64,000 bases of DNA, taken from assembly GCA_963827385.1 (NCBI GenBank), contig CAWHAR010000002.1, forward strand, positions 223,656 through 287,655. Reading direction: 5' to 3'. Within the stretch, counting starts at the first letter, position 1. Each line of letters starts with the position of its first letter. Under the pieces are notes generated by a model, which saw only the letters and a list, made by a program, of their open reading frames with translations, did no database searches and was not told where the DNA came from. This document shows positions 31,799-40,915 of this stretch, piece after piece. Origin of the DNA: an uncultured Actinomycetes bacterium (GTDB lineage: Bacteria; Actinomycetota; Acidimicrobiia; IMCC26256; DASPTH01). The position numbers and the translations under genes are program-made.

Positions 31799-32827
31799 TC
31801 AAGATTTGGCGGTCTGTTCTCGGGATCGTTTTGCGGCGTCTCGTAGTTCGCTTCGTAGTTCTTGGCGGGCGATCGACGCCGCGGCGAGTTCGTTCAGGAA
31901 GGCGTCGGCGTTCCAAGCCAGCAGTTTTGGATGGCGAGCGGAGTAGAGACCGACGTCGGTCATGTTGTATTCGTCGTCGTAGTCCAAGAGGAGGTAGCCC
32001 GCGAGTTGCCAGAGGTGTTCTCGTTTACAGCTTGTCGATTCGGTGGTCTTCACGTCGATGAGGCACCGGTCGAGGATCAGGTCAGCGTCCGCACCACCAA
32101 CGTCGCGACTTCCCCGGAAGGTCGGGTTCAACGCGTGAGATCGAACTCCGCTTGCCGGGAACTGCGTCCCGAACGCTTCCGTGAGGACAGCAAGGTCGTC
32201 GAGCCATGCAGGCTCCGCGAGGGCGAGTAGGTCTTCAACGCTCGCGCTCGGCCCAGCCTCGACCAGCGCTCGAGCGACGCGACCGGAGCGTCCGCATTGC
32301 TCGAAGAACGCGAGCACGATGCAGAACCGTCCGAGCTGTGCCTCGTCACTGGTGGGCAGCGTTCGTCCGATGGGAGATGTCTCGGCCAGGAATGTGTCGA
32401 GCGCGTCCGCTAGCGGCAAGAACGGGTCTCGGATGGTGTCTTGCCACACGATCTGGTCGCCTTCGAGGTGGAGATCTCTCACGTCTGGCGGAAGATCGGC
32501 CGCAGCGTCGATCGGCGCCGAGCGCGACGGGTTGAACGCCGAGTGGTGCAACAGCCGCTGCGCGCCCTGGGCGGCAAAGAGCTCGCGGGTCGGGGTGACC
32601 GCGAACAGGTACCGCAGCCGGTAATCGAACGCGGTACCGACAAGCGAGGCATCCCCGGGTGCGCCGCGGCGAACCAGCGTGGGACGACCGAGCGCATGCC
32701 ACTCCCGCTGGAACTTCTCGACTCGGGGCAGTCTGCTCTCAAACCATTCCCGAACCGGGTTGGACCGACTTTTCAGGAGGCTGCTCAACGACACGCCACG
32801 AAAGTAGCGACCACCTGTGACACTCAA
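31799..32827 (-). CDS. PD-(D/E)xK nuclease superfamily-like hypothetical protein
   Basis: Intact 342-aa ORF with balanced composition. Candidate catalytic motif GADADLILDRCLIDVKTT followed by LWQLAGYLLLDY. Confidence 0.6.
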   Translation of the reverse strand: MSVTGGRYFRGVSLSSLLKSRSNPVREWFESRLPRVEKFQREWHALGRPTLVRRGAPGDASLVGTAFDYRLRYLFAVTPTRELFAAQGAQRLLHHSAFNPSRSAPIDAAADLPPDVRDLHLEGDQIVWQDTIRDPFLPLADALDTFLAETSPIGRTLPTSDEAQLGRFCIVLAFFEQCGRSGRVARALVEAGPSASVEDLLALAEPAWLDDLAVLTEAFGTQFPASGVRSHALNPTFRGSRDVGGADADLILDRCLIDVKTTESTSCKREHLWQLAGYLLLDYDDEYNMTDVGLYSARHPKLLAWNADAFLNELAAASIARQELRSELRDAAKRSREQTAKS

Positions 32828-32920
32828 TCTGCCGAGGCCACACGCGGGCGGTCGGTTGAGCTGAACGGGAGCCCTCAGCTGAGAGTTCTTTCCAGCGTTT
32901 GCTTCTGGCTTCTGCCTGGT

Positions 32921-33355
32921 TCAGCAGGGTCCGCTCTGATCGGCACCGACGACGATGAAGGGGTGTGACCCGTTCTTGTCTGCACCGATCACGACTGTGA
33001 GAACATCGGTGGTGCCGACATGGGTCCAGATCCGTGAAACGAAGGCCTTGCCGTTCAGGCCGTCGCACCACGTCCAGTCCTGCCACGGCTTCTTCCATGG
33101 CAATCGTGTCTGATACCACGCGATGACGTCCGCGCGCACCACACCGCGCGGCAAGACGTAGGCCATATCGCCCGGCTTGTCGGCGAACTTCTCGCTGAGG
33201 GTCGCAACCGAAGGGACCGGCAGACCCGCGACCGGCGAGCTCACCACGACACCGAGCGACGGCTTCTTCGTCGCCGCGATGGCAAGAGGCGGCCACACGG
33301 CCAACAGCATGGCGCCAATCGCCGCAGTCACCATCGTGCGCCGCGTACCGCTCAA
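32921..33355 (-). CDS. secreted hypothetical protein
   Basis: Intact 144-aa ORF with a signal peptide (MVTAAIGAMLLAVWPPLAIAA). No family recognised. Confidence 0.55.
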   Translation of the reverse strand: MSGTRRTMVTAAIGAMLLAVWPPLAIAATKKPSLGVVVSSPVAGLPVPSVATLSEKFADKPGDMAYVLPRGVVRADVIAWYQTRLPWKKPWQDWTWCDGLNGKAFVSRIWTHVGTTDVLTVVIGADKNGSHPFIVVGADQSGPC

Positions 33356-33429
33356 GGCTCACCTCCGGTCCAGGGAAGGTAGATTCATAGTCTCTAGACG
33401 CAAAGACTGCAACGGTCTCGACTCTGGGC

Positions 33430-33660
33430 ATGCCTGGCCGTCGACGTCCGCCCCCCGTCGAGTTCGGCAATCGTGTCCGCGCCTCCCGTCGCGAGGCCGG
33501 AATGTCCCAGGAAGCCCTCGGCCACCTCGTCGGGCTTCACCCCACCTACATCTCGTCAATCGAGCGCGGCCTACGCAACGTGTCGCTCGTCAACATCGTG
33601 CGTATCGCCGCGGGACTCGGCGTCGACCCCGGAGAGCTCGTGAAGGGCATGCGGCCCTAG
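33430..33660 (+). CDS. XRE-family helix-turn-helix transcriptional regulator
   Basis: FGNRVRASRREAGMSQEALGHLVGLHPTYISSIERGLRNVSLVNIVRIAAGLGV is a canonical HTH_3 (Cro/C1-type) pattern. Confidence 0.8.
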   Translation: MPGRRRPPPVEFGNRVRASRREAGMSQEALGHLVGLHPTYISSIERGLRNVSLVNIVRIAAGLGVDPGELVKGMRP

Positions 33661-33667
33661 CTAGCAG

Positions 33668-34804
33668 TCACACTGCGGGTTCCGCGTGTTCGAACGCGTC
33701 GCACGCGGCTTCGAGCATGTGTTGCAGTGCGTTCGTCTCGATGAGTGATCGCATCGTTGGAACTCGGTGGTTGAGCAGTGCGATGGTCACATGATTCAGA
33801 GCGATGAGCGCCGCGGAAGCGGGTTCGGCGAGTCCATGCGTGGTGGAGCCGCCGAGGGTGACGAAGGTGCCGTCGGGGAACTCGACTCGATTGAGGTACG
33901 AGCCTTTCGAGCCGCCGTGGTTCGTGTGATTTGCGAGGTTCACATACGGCCGATGATGCGCGAGGTCTACGCGTTCCGCGAGGTCGACGAACGTGACGCT
34001 CGAACGACCCGGGAACAGGGGCAGTGCCCAACCCCAGTCGTTGCAGTAGTCCGCGCCGAATTGATCGCGAAGCTCGTCTCGAGCATCAGCGAGTTCTTGC
34101 ATCTCGGCATCGGTGAATCGTTCGTGCCCGAGCGTCTCGGCGTGATCCTGCCAGCGCTGCGCGTCTTTCCAGTTCCCGACGGCTACATGCGAGACGAATC
34201 GTTCGGAGAGTGTCTCATCCGCGTCGGCGAGGAGAAACGCGACGACCGCGAGTTCGTGCATCGTGCGCCACCGTGCGAACGCGCCGTTCGGGTGACCGGT
34301 GCGCAGCAGCGCATGCACCTCAGATGCCGTCGTACATGCTCGGGCATGCACCATCAAGAGTGCGCCGGTGCGCCATTCGTACTCGTCGTCGGTGTCGGCG
34401 ATGTACAGAGCCTGGATTCGGCCACCGACCTCGAGACACGAGTTGTAGAACAGCCGGTAAAGGTCGAGCGCTGCCCCCCATTGGCGACGCAACATCCGTT
34501 CGACACGACGCAAGTCTCGTGCATCCGCACGCGCAAACTTGCGCACCTTGGCGAGGACCTCTTGGCTGACGAGTTCGCCACCGGTGGCGGTCGAGTTCGA
34601 GATTACGTCGGACCATCCATCTGCAATCTCGGCTTGCTTCTTCTCCCAGAGGTCGAGCATCTCGTCTTCGCTCAGACCACGCTGCTGGCCCGTCGCGATG
34701 AATTCGTCGATCAGCTGCTCGAAGAGATCTTCCGGTTGGGCATCGAAGAACGCCTCATCAGTCACCACGGATGCAACGGTACGTGCCACCAGCTCCAACA
34801 GCAT
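33668..34804 (-). CDS. DUF5677-like protein
   Basis: Last 378 aa of ORF 33668..35152 from MLLELVARTV. Contains LLRTGHPNGAFARWRTMHELAVVAFLL, which I recall as DUF5677-like. The upstream part of the ORF is shadow and overlaps the next gene. Confidence 0.6.
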   Translation of the reverse strand: MLLELVARTVASVVTDEAFFDAQPEDLFEQLIDEFIATGQQRGLSEDEMLDLWEKKQAEIADGWSDVISNSTATGGELVSQEVLAKVRKFARADARDLRRVERMLRRQWGAALDLYRLFYNSCLEVGGRIQALYIADTDDEYEWRTGALLMVHARACTTASEVHALLRTGHPNGAFARWRTMHELAVVAFLLADADETLSERFVSHVAVGNWKDAQRWQDHAETLGHERFTDAEMQELADARDELRDQFGADYCNDWGWALPLFPGRSSVTFVDLAERVDLAHHRPYVNLANHTNHGGSKGSYLNRVEFPDGTFVTLGGSTTHGLAEPASAALIALNHVTIALLNHRVPTMRSLIETNALQHMLEAACDAFEHAEPAV

Positions 34805-34851
34805 CGGCCGATGGCACCGGGCTCTCTGTCGTCCGGTGTACTGAAGGTCCC

Positions 34852-35628
34852 CTAGCCGGACGCGTCGCCGCATGCTGCGTGCAGCAGAGCAGCGTCGGCC
34901 GCGACGCCGACCTCCCCGTCGTACGAGCGGAGTCGCGCGCTGACCGGATACATCGACGGGTGTGCCAGCGCGACCGCCCGACAGCGATGTCCGTCGATCG
35001 TGACAGCGGCAACGTTTATGTTCGATCTGCGCGACCATACGGCGAGGTCTGGACTGAGCCGGGCGCAGAATCGCCGAGCGGGCGCGCCCAAAGCCACCAG
35101 CACCGACGGGCGCATCCGGTCGATCTGGAGACGCAAGAATCCCTCGCACCACGCGACGAACGTGGGATCTGACTCGCCCGGGAACCGGCCCGTCGGGCCG
35201 CCCTTCTCGATGAGACCGACGTACGCGTTCGTGAAGAAGCAGTTGGTCGGCTCCACACCCGCGGCGGGTAACAGGCGGTAGAGGCCACGCCAGGTCGCCA
35301 TCGGGTGCTCGCGATCACCATGAGCGCGGCCTTGTGCGAGCCGGTTCTGGTAGGCGGTGAGCACGTCGAGGTTGTGGCCGACGAACATCACGCCACCGAA
35401 TGGGAATGGTGGCAGCCCAACCTGGGAGGGCGGCGCCTCGCAGTAGAGCCCGGGACCGGCGGCGAAGAACGCCGTGCCATCTACCGCTTCCGGAACCGCG
35501 ACGACACCATCCGCATACCCGTCGAATTCGCCGAGCACGGCACGGAACTCGTCGACAGGATGCACACCCTCATCATCACATCGGACCTCGTGCAGCGCAC
35601 GCCGAGCCCACCCGAGCAGGCACGCCAT
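34852..35628 (-). CDS. uracil-DNA glycosylase superfamily protein
   Basis: Intact 258-aa ORF. Motif-A-like VMFVGHNLD, FFTNAYVG and motif-B LAHPSMY (HPS), as in the UDG superfamily. Confidence 0.65.
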   Translation of the reverse strand: MACLLGWARRALHEVRCDDEGVHPVDEFRAVLGEFDGYADGVVAVPEAVDGTAFFAAGPGLYCEAPPSQVGLPPFPFGGVMFVGHNLDVLTAYQNRLAQGRAHGDREHPMATWRGLYRLLPAAGVEPTNCFFTNAYVGLIEKGGPTGRFPGESDPTFVAWCEGFLRLQIDRMRPSVLVALGAPARRFCARLSPDLAVWSRRSNINVAAVTIDGHRCRAVALAHPSMYPVSARLRSYDGEVGVAADAALLHAACGDASG

Positions 35629-35712
35629 TCGCCACCAGGCGTGGACGGAGCCTCCGTCGACTGCGGCCGCGCAACTACGAGCGCGGGAGACGCCCTTGCG
35701 ATTTCGACTGAG

Positions 35713-36030
35713 TCAGAGCGACTGCATTGTCGGATCCGTCAACGAACCTCCGCGCGCGCCCGCTTCCTGTGCGTAACGGTTCAACAGGGTCAGAGTTACT
35801 TCGTCGGCAGGCAGCCCAAGAAGCCGGTCGGTTTGGACCCGGTCCAGCACCCGCTGCCGCATCAGCGCAGATCGATCGTGCGACGCCGTCAGCTCTGCCC
35901 CGCTTTCGCCTCCGCGGTGAGCGTGGCCACGCTCTGTTTCGAAACCCATGGCGGCGTGAGCACGGACTCGTTGTCGATCCCGGGTGGGAAGAGGTGCGGT
36001 TGTCGTTGGGTGGCGCTCATGGTGAACTCG
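35713..36030 (-). CDS. small hypothetical protein, probable frameshift
   Basis: ATG at 36028-36030 gives MSATQRQPHLFPPGIDNESVLTPPWVSKQSVATLTAEAKAG. This then joins the frame of ORF 35713..36069 (ELTASHDRSALMRQRVLDRVQTDRLLGLPADEVTLTLLNRYAQEAG). An AT-rich palindrome lies upstream. Confidence 0.35.
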   Translation of the reverse strand, partial: RVHHERHPTTTAPLPTRDRQRVRAHAAMGFETERGHAHRGGESGAELTASHDRSALMRQRVLDRVQTDRLLGLPADEVTLTLLNRYAQEAGARGGSLTDPTMQSL

Positions 36031-36430
36031 TTCGGCTGTATATGCATAGGTATATTCTACTCGTATCACCCATTGGCTATGGGACGGCGACGGCTACTTT
36101 CACCCCCTCATCCGTCCCCTCCTGGCCGAGGGACTTTGCCCCTCGACACACCAGCGGACGCACCAATAGCGCGGAAATCTTGAAAACCTCTCCGGCGTGT
36201 CAGGCAGGAGGCAGGTCACGGTGAGCGGTCAAGCAGCCACTATTAGGACATTCTTCTCGCTCACGCCGTGCCGGGTATTCGACACGCAAGAGTCTTGGCT
36301 CGTCATCGGCTGCAGGCGTGGACGAAGCAAGCCCCGACTGCAGTCCCCCTCCTCGTGCATGTCCGGAACGCCAACGGAGACGACGCATGTGCCCAGGTTT
36401 CTGCGGACCGAACGGGAAGGGCTCCAACGG

Positions 36431-36457
36431 ACCACGTGAACCACATGGACCACTTGG
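36431..36457. repeat. three tandem 9-bp repeats ACCAC-N-TGR (iteron-like)
   Basis: ACCACGTGA (36431-36439), ACCACATGG (36440-36448), ACCACTTGG (36449-36457). Related CCACATG copies occur at 36664-36670 (+). Inverted copies occur at 36587-36593 (exact) and 36596-36602 (ACACATG, one mismatch). Confidence 0.6.
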
Positions 36458-36688
36458 AACTTGCCTCACGCCTGGCGCGTACCGTGTACGCATCCTGACC
36501 CGTGACCCGCTCCACGCCAGGTCTACCCGTTCTATAAACCCAACACCACTCCAACAAAGAATCTTGTTATGACTTCTCAAGTAGTTCATGTGGGTCATGT
36601 GTACGCACTGCCTCCACGGGCGGGGTACGGGGGTCGAGAGCCCGACATATGCTGCGACGGCGTCCACATGTATGTAGGTCGCCGCCAG

Positions 36689-38450
36689 TCAGGGGTCCAC
36701 CTTCTCGATGCGCCAGGTGTTCGCTTGTCCGCGTCGAGGGACCTGAATGAGCTTGAGACCAGCGGCGATACGGTCCCGGCGCGCTCGGAGGTACGCACCG
36801 ACCGAGTTTTGGTTCCACTGCGACACATGCGGTTCCACATGGCCTCGGAGCTGTCCGTCCTCGACGAGTTCCAACGCCGTGAGCTCCTGGTCGCCGTACG
36901 CGACGGACCAGGCGCTCAGGAACTCCGCAAGCTCGTCACGTTCGGGGTCCTCTCCCGTGTCGAGGTCGCTGAGGTTGTCGAGGAACCCAGACACCCCGGC
37001 TGTCTGGAGGAGCCCACCGATCACCGAGTCCCACGATTCGTAGGATCCGATCCGTCCCGGCTGTCCGAGCGGACTCCCTTGTTGGACCCACCACTGGACG
37101 ATCACGAGTGAGGCCCACACCAGATGACGGCGGTTCTCCAGCGCCCAACCCGGCAGAGAGTGTCGCCACTGCACGCCGGGGCCAGGTCCGGTCCGTCGGG
37201 CGGGCTCCTCGACTTTGGCATCGAGACGAATCGGCACGCAACGACGTTTGAGATCGGTCCCCGGGGTTGCGTTGTTGGCGGTGAGCGTCCACAGCTGCGT
37301 GACCGGCACGTCAATGCTCGCGTTGACGCCCAAGAGGCGATCAGTCCAGCGTGCCTCGGTGAGCGCCTGTTCGAGTACCGCCGACTTCACTGTGCCCTTG
37401 ACGTTGTCCCACTTGATTGCCGGTGCGCCCTCACGCAGCTTGGACGTGACGGCCTTGCGGCGCTCGCTCTCGTTGTCGGGAAACGAGTACGAGGCGACCA
37501 CTCCACACGCGGGGGCGAGGAGGCAGTCGACGAGTTTGCCCTTCCCCGTACCTGGCTCGGGTGCACCAACCCAGTGCAGCGGTGTCGGGCCTTGAATCAC
37601 GTTGCGGACGAACGGAGTGAACAACACACTCAGTGCGTTCGCACGGTCAGCGTCGCTCACGAAGGGAAAGTCGCCGAGCAGCTCATCGAGGAGCCAGCGC
37701 TTGGCGAGCACGAGGTCCCCCACGGTGATGGTCTCAGGCAGCTTCAGGTTCCGAAGCTCCCGAGGCGGTCGGTAGTACGTGCGAGTGCCGCGGGCCATAG
37801 CCCTCCGTGGATTGCAAGGCCCCGTTCGAGTCCAACACCGGGACCGTCACGACACGATCGAGAAAGGGGAAGGGCGCGTTGCTGGCGCTCCTAAGCACCG
37901 CCGCGGCAAGAGTCGCGGGCGGATCGATGTGGCGACGTTCCAGTTCAGACTTGCGTTCGTCCGCCTGGACCCACACCGCAGCCTCAGCCAGTCGCCGTCG
38001 CAGTGCCAAGGTGGTCAGTGTCGCGACGGTGCCATTGTCAGCGACGGTGACGAGTTCGTCGCCACGTCGGAACGTCTCGGGAGCGCCATACTCGGCATCT
38101 CCCAGCGCCGACAACGCCGGACCGACGAGCGCGAACTGTGTGGTTCCCACTTCGATCCTCGGCAGCGTCAGGAACCTCACCGCTGTCCGGGGGAAGCGCG
38201 GATCACGACTCCAGAAGTGGGCGACCTCGCAACCGCGTCCCGAAGTACAACGCACCTCAATCAGGCGCGGTGACCGCAACGTGTACTTGACGCTCTTCTC
38301 AGCGTGGCAGTTCGGACACTGAATGAACTCGTCGGGCTGATTCGCTAACCACGCGCAGTAGTGGTCGGCGTCATCCAGATCGAGGGGCCCTCCGTCGTCG
38401 TCCCAATCATCGGGATCACCATCCTCAGGAATCTCGATCTCTTCACGCAA
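36689..38450 (-). CDS. replication protein of the integrative element: zinc-finger N-domain plus P-loop NTPase (primase/helicase-like), one frameshift
   Basis: ORF 37734..38450 (CPNCHAEKSVKY...VPVLDSNGALQSTEGYG) joins ORF 36689..37798 (RGTRTYYRPP...WVGAPEPGTGKGKLVDCLL, Walker A) near 37790-37800. Confidence 0.6.
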
Positions 38451-38684
38451 AGTCGTGCCTTTCCGGTCGAATCGAAACCAAGCCTTAGCCGCGGCGCGCG
38501 CCGTATGGCGTTCCGCGTGCCTGAGCGAACGTCCACAGTCTCACAACCTCAGCGCTGCAGCCCGACAACCCATCGCGATTCCAGCAGGTCGGGTTCGCCC
38601 CCACGGCGGAGCGCTAAGCCGTCCCCGTGCTCCAGCCCGGTACCACCCCCTCGGTAGGGCGCGGTACCGGTCTGGTCAGCGTCG

Positions 38685-38945
38685 CTAGACAGGCCCCGTC
38701 TTGTAGAGGTATGCGTTGCTCTCGGTGCAGTTGTCCGGGCCGAAGAACCGCTTCACGTCGCGGAAGTTGTCCCAGACCCAGTCCTGAACCTCGTCGGCCC
38801 GGTAGAACTCGACGGCGCGGTCCGGACCAAGTCCGACTTCGCAGAGCGCCCAGACGACCTCGACGGGAAGGTGCGTGTAGTCGGCAACCTCTTCGAGGGT
38901 TAGGAACTCGTGTTCGAGCTTGAGGAAAACTTGCTCTGGCTGCAA
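38685..38945 (-). CDS. hypothetical protein
   Basis: 86-aa ORF with balanced composition (FLTLEEVADYTHLPVEVVWALCEVGLGPDRAVEFYRADEVQDWVWDNF). Possibly a winged-helix/HTH fold. Confidence 0.5.
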   Translation of the reverse strand: MQPEQVFLKLEHEFLTLEEVADYTHLPVEVVWALCEVGLGPDRAVEFYRADEVQDWVWDNFRDVKRFFGPDNCTESNAYLYKTGPV

Positions 38946-39077
38946 CTTGTTCTCCGGTCTCTTGTGGGCGCTGGCAGTGACCCACCAGCTAGGTGCCAGT
39001 CTACACTAAATAGGCCACTCTATCTGGTTTCGACCCAATTGCAAAAGGGCAGCGCGTCGAGCTACAGCACTGCACCT

Positions 39078-39254
39078 CTAGGCGTTGACCCTCGTGTCCA
39101 CCCACGCGTCGACGTCCTCGCGCCGGTAGCGCAGGTGGCGGCCCATCCGGGCTGCTTGGGGGCCGGTGCCTTGGTAGCGCCACTGGTACAGGGTCGCGAC
39201 GGGGATGCCCAGGTAGGCGGACACGTCCTGGATGGTCAACAGCGGGTCATGCAC
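39078..39254 (-). CDS. excisionase-type helix-turn-helix DNA-binding protein (HTH_17/MerR-like Xis)
   Basis: Absent from the ORF track (58 aa). Manual translation from GTG 39254 (GGAGA upstream): VHDPLLTIQDVSAYLGIPVATLYQWRYQGTGPQAARMGRHLRYRREDVDAWVDTRVNA, stop at 39078-39080. Confidence 0.7.
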   Translation of the reverse strand: MHDPLLTIQDVSAYLGIPVATLYQWRYQGTGPQAARMGRHLRYRREDVDAWVDTRVNA

Positions 39255-39515
39255 AACAGTTCTCCGTTCGGGGGTAGGCGGTTTGTATGGGTTCGTCCCA
39301 TTGTACCTCAGCCTTGCGGGACCCGTGGTCGCGCTCGCGCACCCTTCCTGACCAGCCCAAATGAACCCTGGAACGCCCCCACCCCTCCCCGCAAACAGAG
39401 GTACGTTAGGAGCACCTAACCACCATCCTGGAGAGCCCCTCGTGCACCACCCGGAACCCGCCCCTGACCCGACGACACCGCCGCTTCCCGTCCCGCAACT
39501 GGCAGGCGTCTAGCG

Positions 39516-40628
39516 GTGGGGCACGTCGCGCGACGCCACAACGTGGGCGGGTCGATCAGCTACCAAGGCGTCACCCGGACCCCCGAAGGCAAAGAACAAA
39601 CCCGAACCTTCGTCCGCAAACTCGACGCGCAACGCTGGGTCACCGCCCAAGACGCCGCCCGTCAACGCGGCGACTGGATCGACCCCACCGCGGGGCGCCA
39701 ACCCTTCGAGCCCTACGCCAAAGAATGGCTCACCACCAAACGCGCCACCGTCGCGCCCCGCACATACGTGAACCTCGAAGGACGGCTCCGCAACCACCTT
39801 CTCCCCGCCTTCGGGACACGGGCGCTCGCGTCGATCCACCCCGCCGACATCCGCACCTGGATCACAAAGCTGGTCGACGCCGGTCAGTCCCCAGCCAGCG
39901 TCAAGAAGAACTTCCAAATCCTCAACCAAATCCTGCGCACCGCCGAAATCGACCGACTCATCGGCCGCAACCCCGCCACGGGCATCGCACTCCCCCGCGA
40001 TACCCACCACCAAGAAATGACCTTCCTCAACCCCGCACAGATCACCCAACTCGCCGACAAGATCGCGCCCCGCTACAAGGCGCTCATCTACACCGCCGCC
40101 TACACCGGACTACGCGCCGGAGAACTCGAAGCGCTGCGCATCGCGGACCTCGACCTCCTCCACGGCACCATCTCCGTCCACGCGTCCCTCGCCGAAATCC
40201 ACGGCGAACTCCACGAAGGCCCCACCAAAACCGGACACAACCGCACCGTCGCACTCCCCCGGTTCCTGGTCCGGATGCTCGAGGGCCACCTCAGCGCACA
40301 CCCCTCCCACACGGGACACCTGTTTACGGCACCCGAAGGCGGCCCCATCCGCCACCGCGCCTTCATGGCCCGCCACTACCGACCCGCCGTCACCAAGGCT
40401 CAACTCGCACCCACGCTCCGATTCCACGACCTCCGCCACACCTGCGCCGCCCTCCTCATCGCCGCAGGCGCACACCTCGAAGAAATAAAAGACCACCTCG
40501 GCCACGCCACCATCCGCACCACCTCAGACCGCTACGGCCACCTCTACCAAGAAGCCCGCGAACGGCTCCGCGACCACCTCGACCACACCTACAGCGAGGC
40601 GCACACAACCGGAGCCGCGAGCGCATGA
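39516..40628 (+). CDS. tyrosine-type site-specific recombinase/integrase
   Basis: 370-aa ORF. SAM-like N-domain (TYVNLEGRLRNHLLPAFG) and catalytic residues in AAYTGLRAGELEALR, RFHDLRHTCAALLIAAG and LGHATIRTTSDRYGHLY. The N-terminus looks slightly short. Confidence 0.9.
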   Translation: MGHVARRHNVGGSISYQGVTRTPEGKEQTRTFVRKLDAQRWVTAQDAARQRGDWIDPTAGRQPFEPYAKEWLTTKRATVAPRTYVNLEGRLRNHLLPAFGTRALASIHPADIRTWITKLVDAGQSPASVKKNFQILNQILRTAEIDRLIGRNPATGIALPRDTHHQEMTFLNPAQITQLADKIAPRYKALIYTAAYTGLRAGELEALRIADLDLLHGTISVHASLAEIHGELHEGPTKTGHNRTVALPRFLVRMLEGHLSAHPSHTGHLFTAPEGGPIRHRAFMARHYRPAVTKAQLAPTLRFHDLRHTCAALLIAAGAHLEEIKDHLGHATIRTTSDRYGHLYQEARERLRDHLDHTYSEAHTTGAASA

Positions 40629-40915
40629 CCGAACGCAACGACTGAAGACTTAGCGACACCACGGACTGGAACTTCGGCGGTGTCCGTAGTCCAGCGATCT
40701 CACCCGGGAGTGGTCGTCGGTCGGATGGGCGGTCTTCCGCTTGACGGGGGGACGTGCGTGGCATCAAGATGGGTGTGGCGAGATCCGCGCCGAACCCCCA
40801 CGAGCGTCACCCAGCGACGCTTCTCCCGGGGGGCAAAGGGGGCTTCAGCCCTCGGGTCGCTGTCCGGTTGGATCGCGTGGGCTAGAGCAGCTGGGATTGC
40901 CGTGCTCGCGCGTTC

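Noticed and set aside
33767-34855. 362-aa + strand ORF
   Set aside because: It is antisense to the DUF5677-like gene, has biased composition, and shows no motif.
40640-40730. Nested inverted repeats just after the integrase stop (GACACC...GGTGTC, ACGGAC...GTCCGT), considered as a tRNA-like or attP structure
   Set aside because: No T-loop (GGTTCGA-type) or acceptor pairing was found. The stems are short (6 bp) and would occur by chance in GC-rich DNA. It may simply be a terminator.
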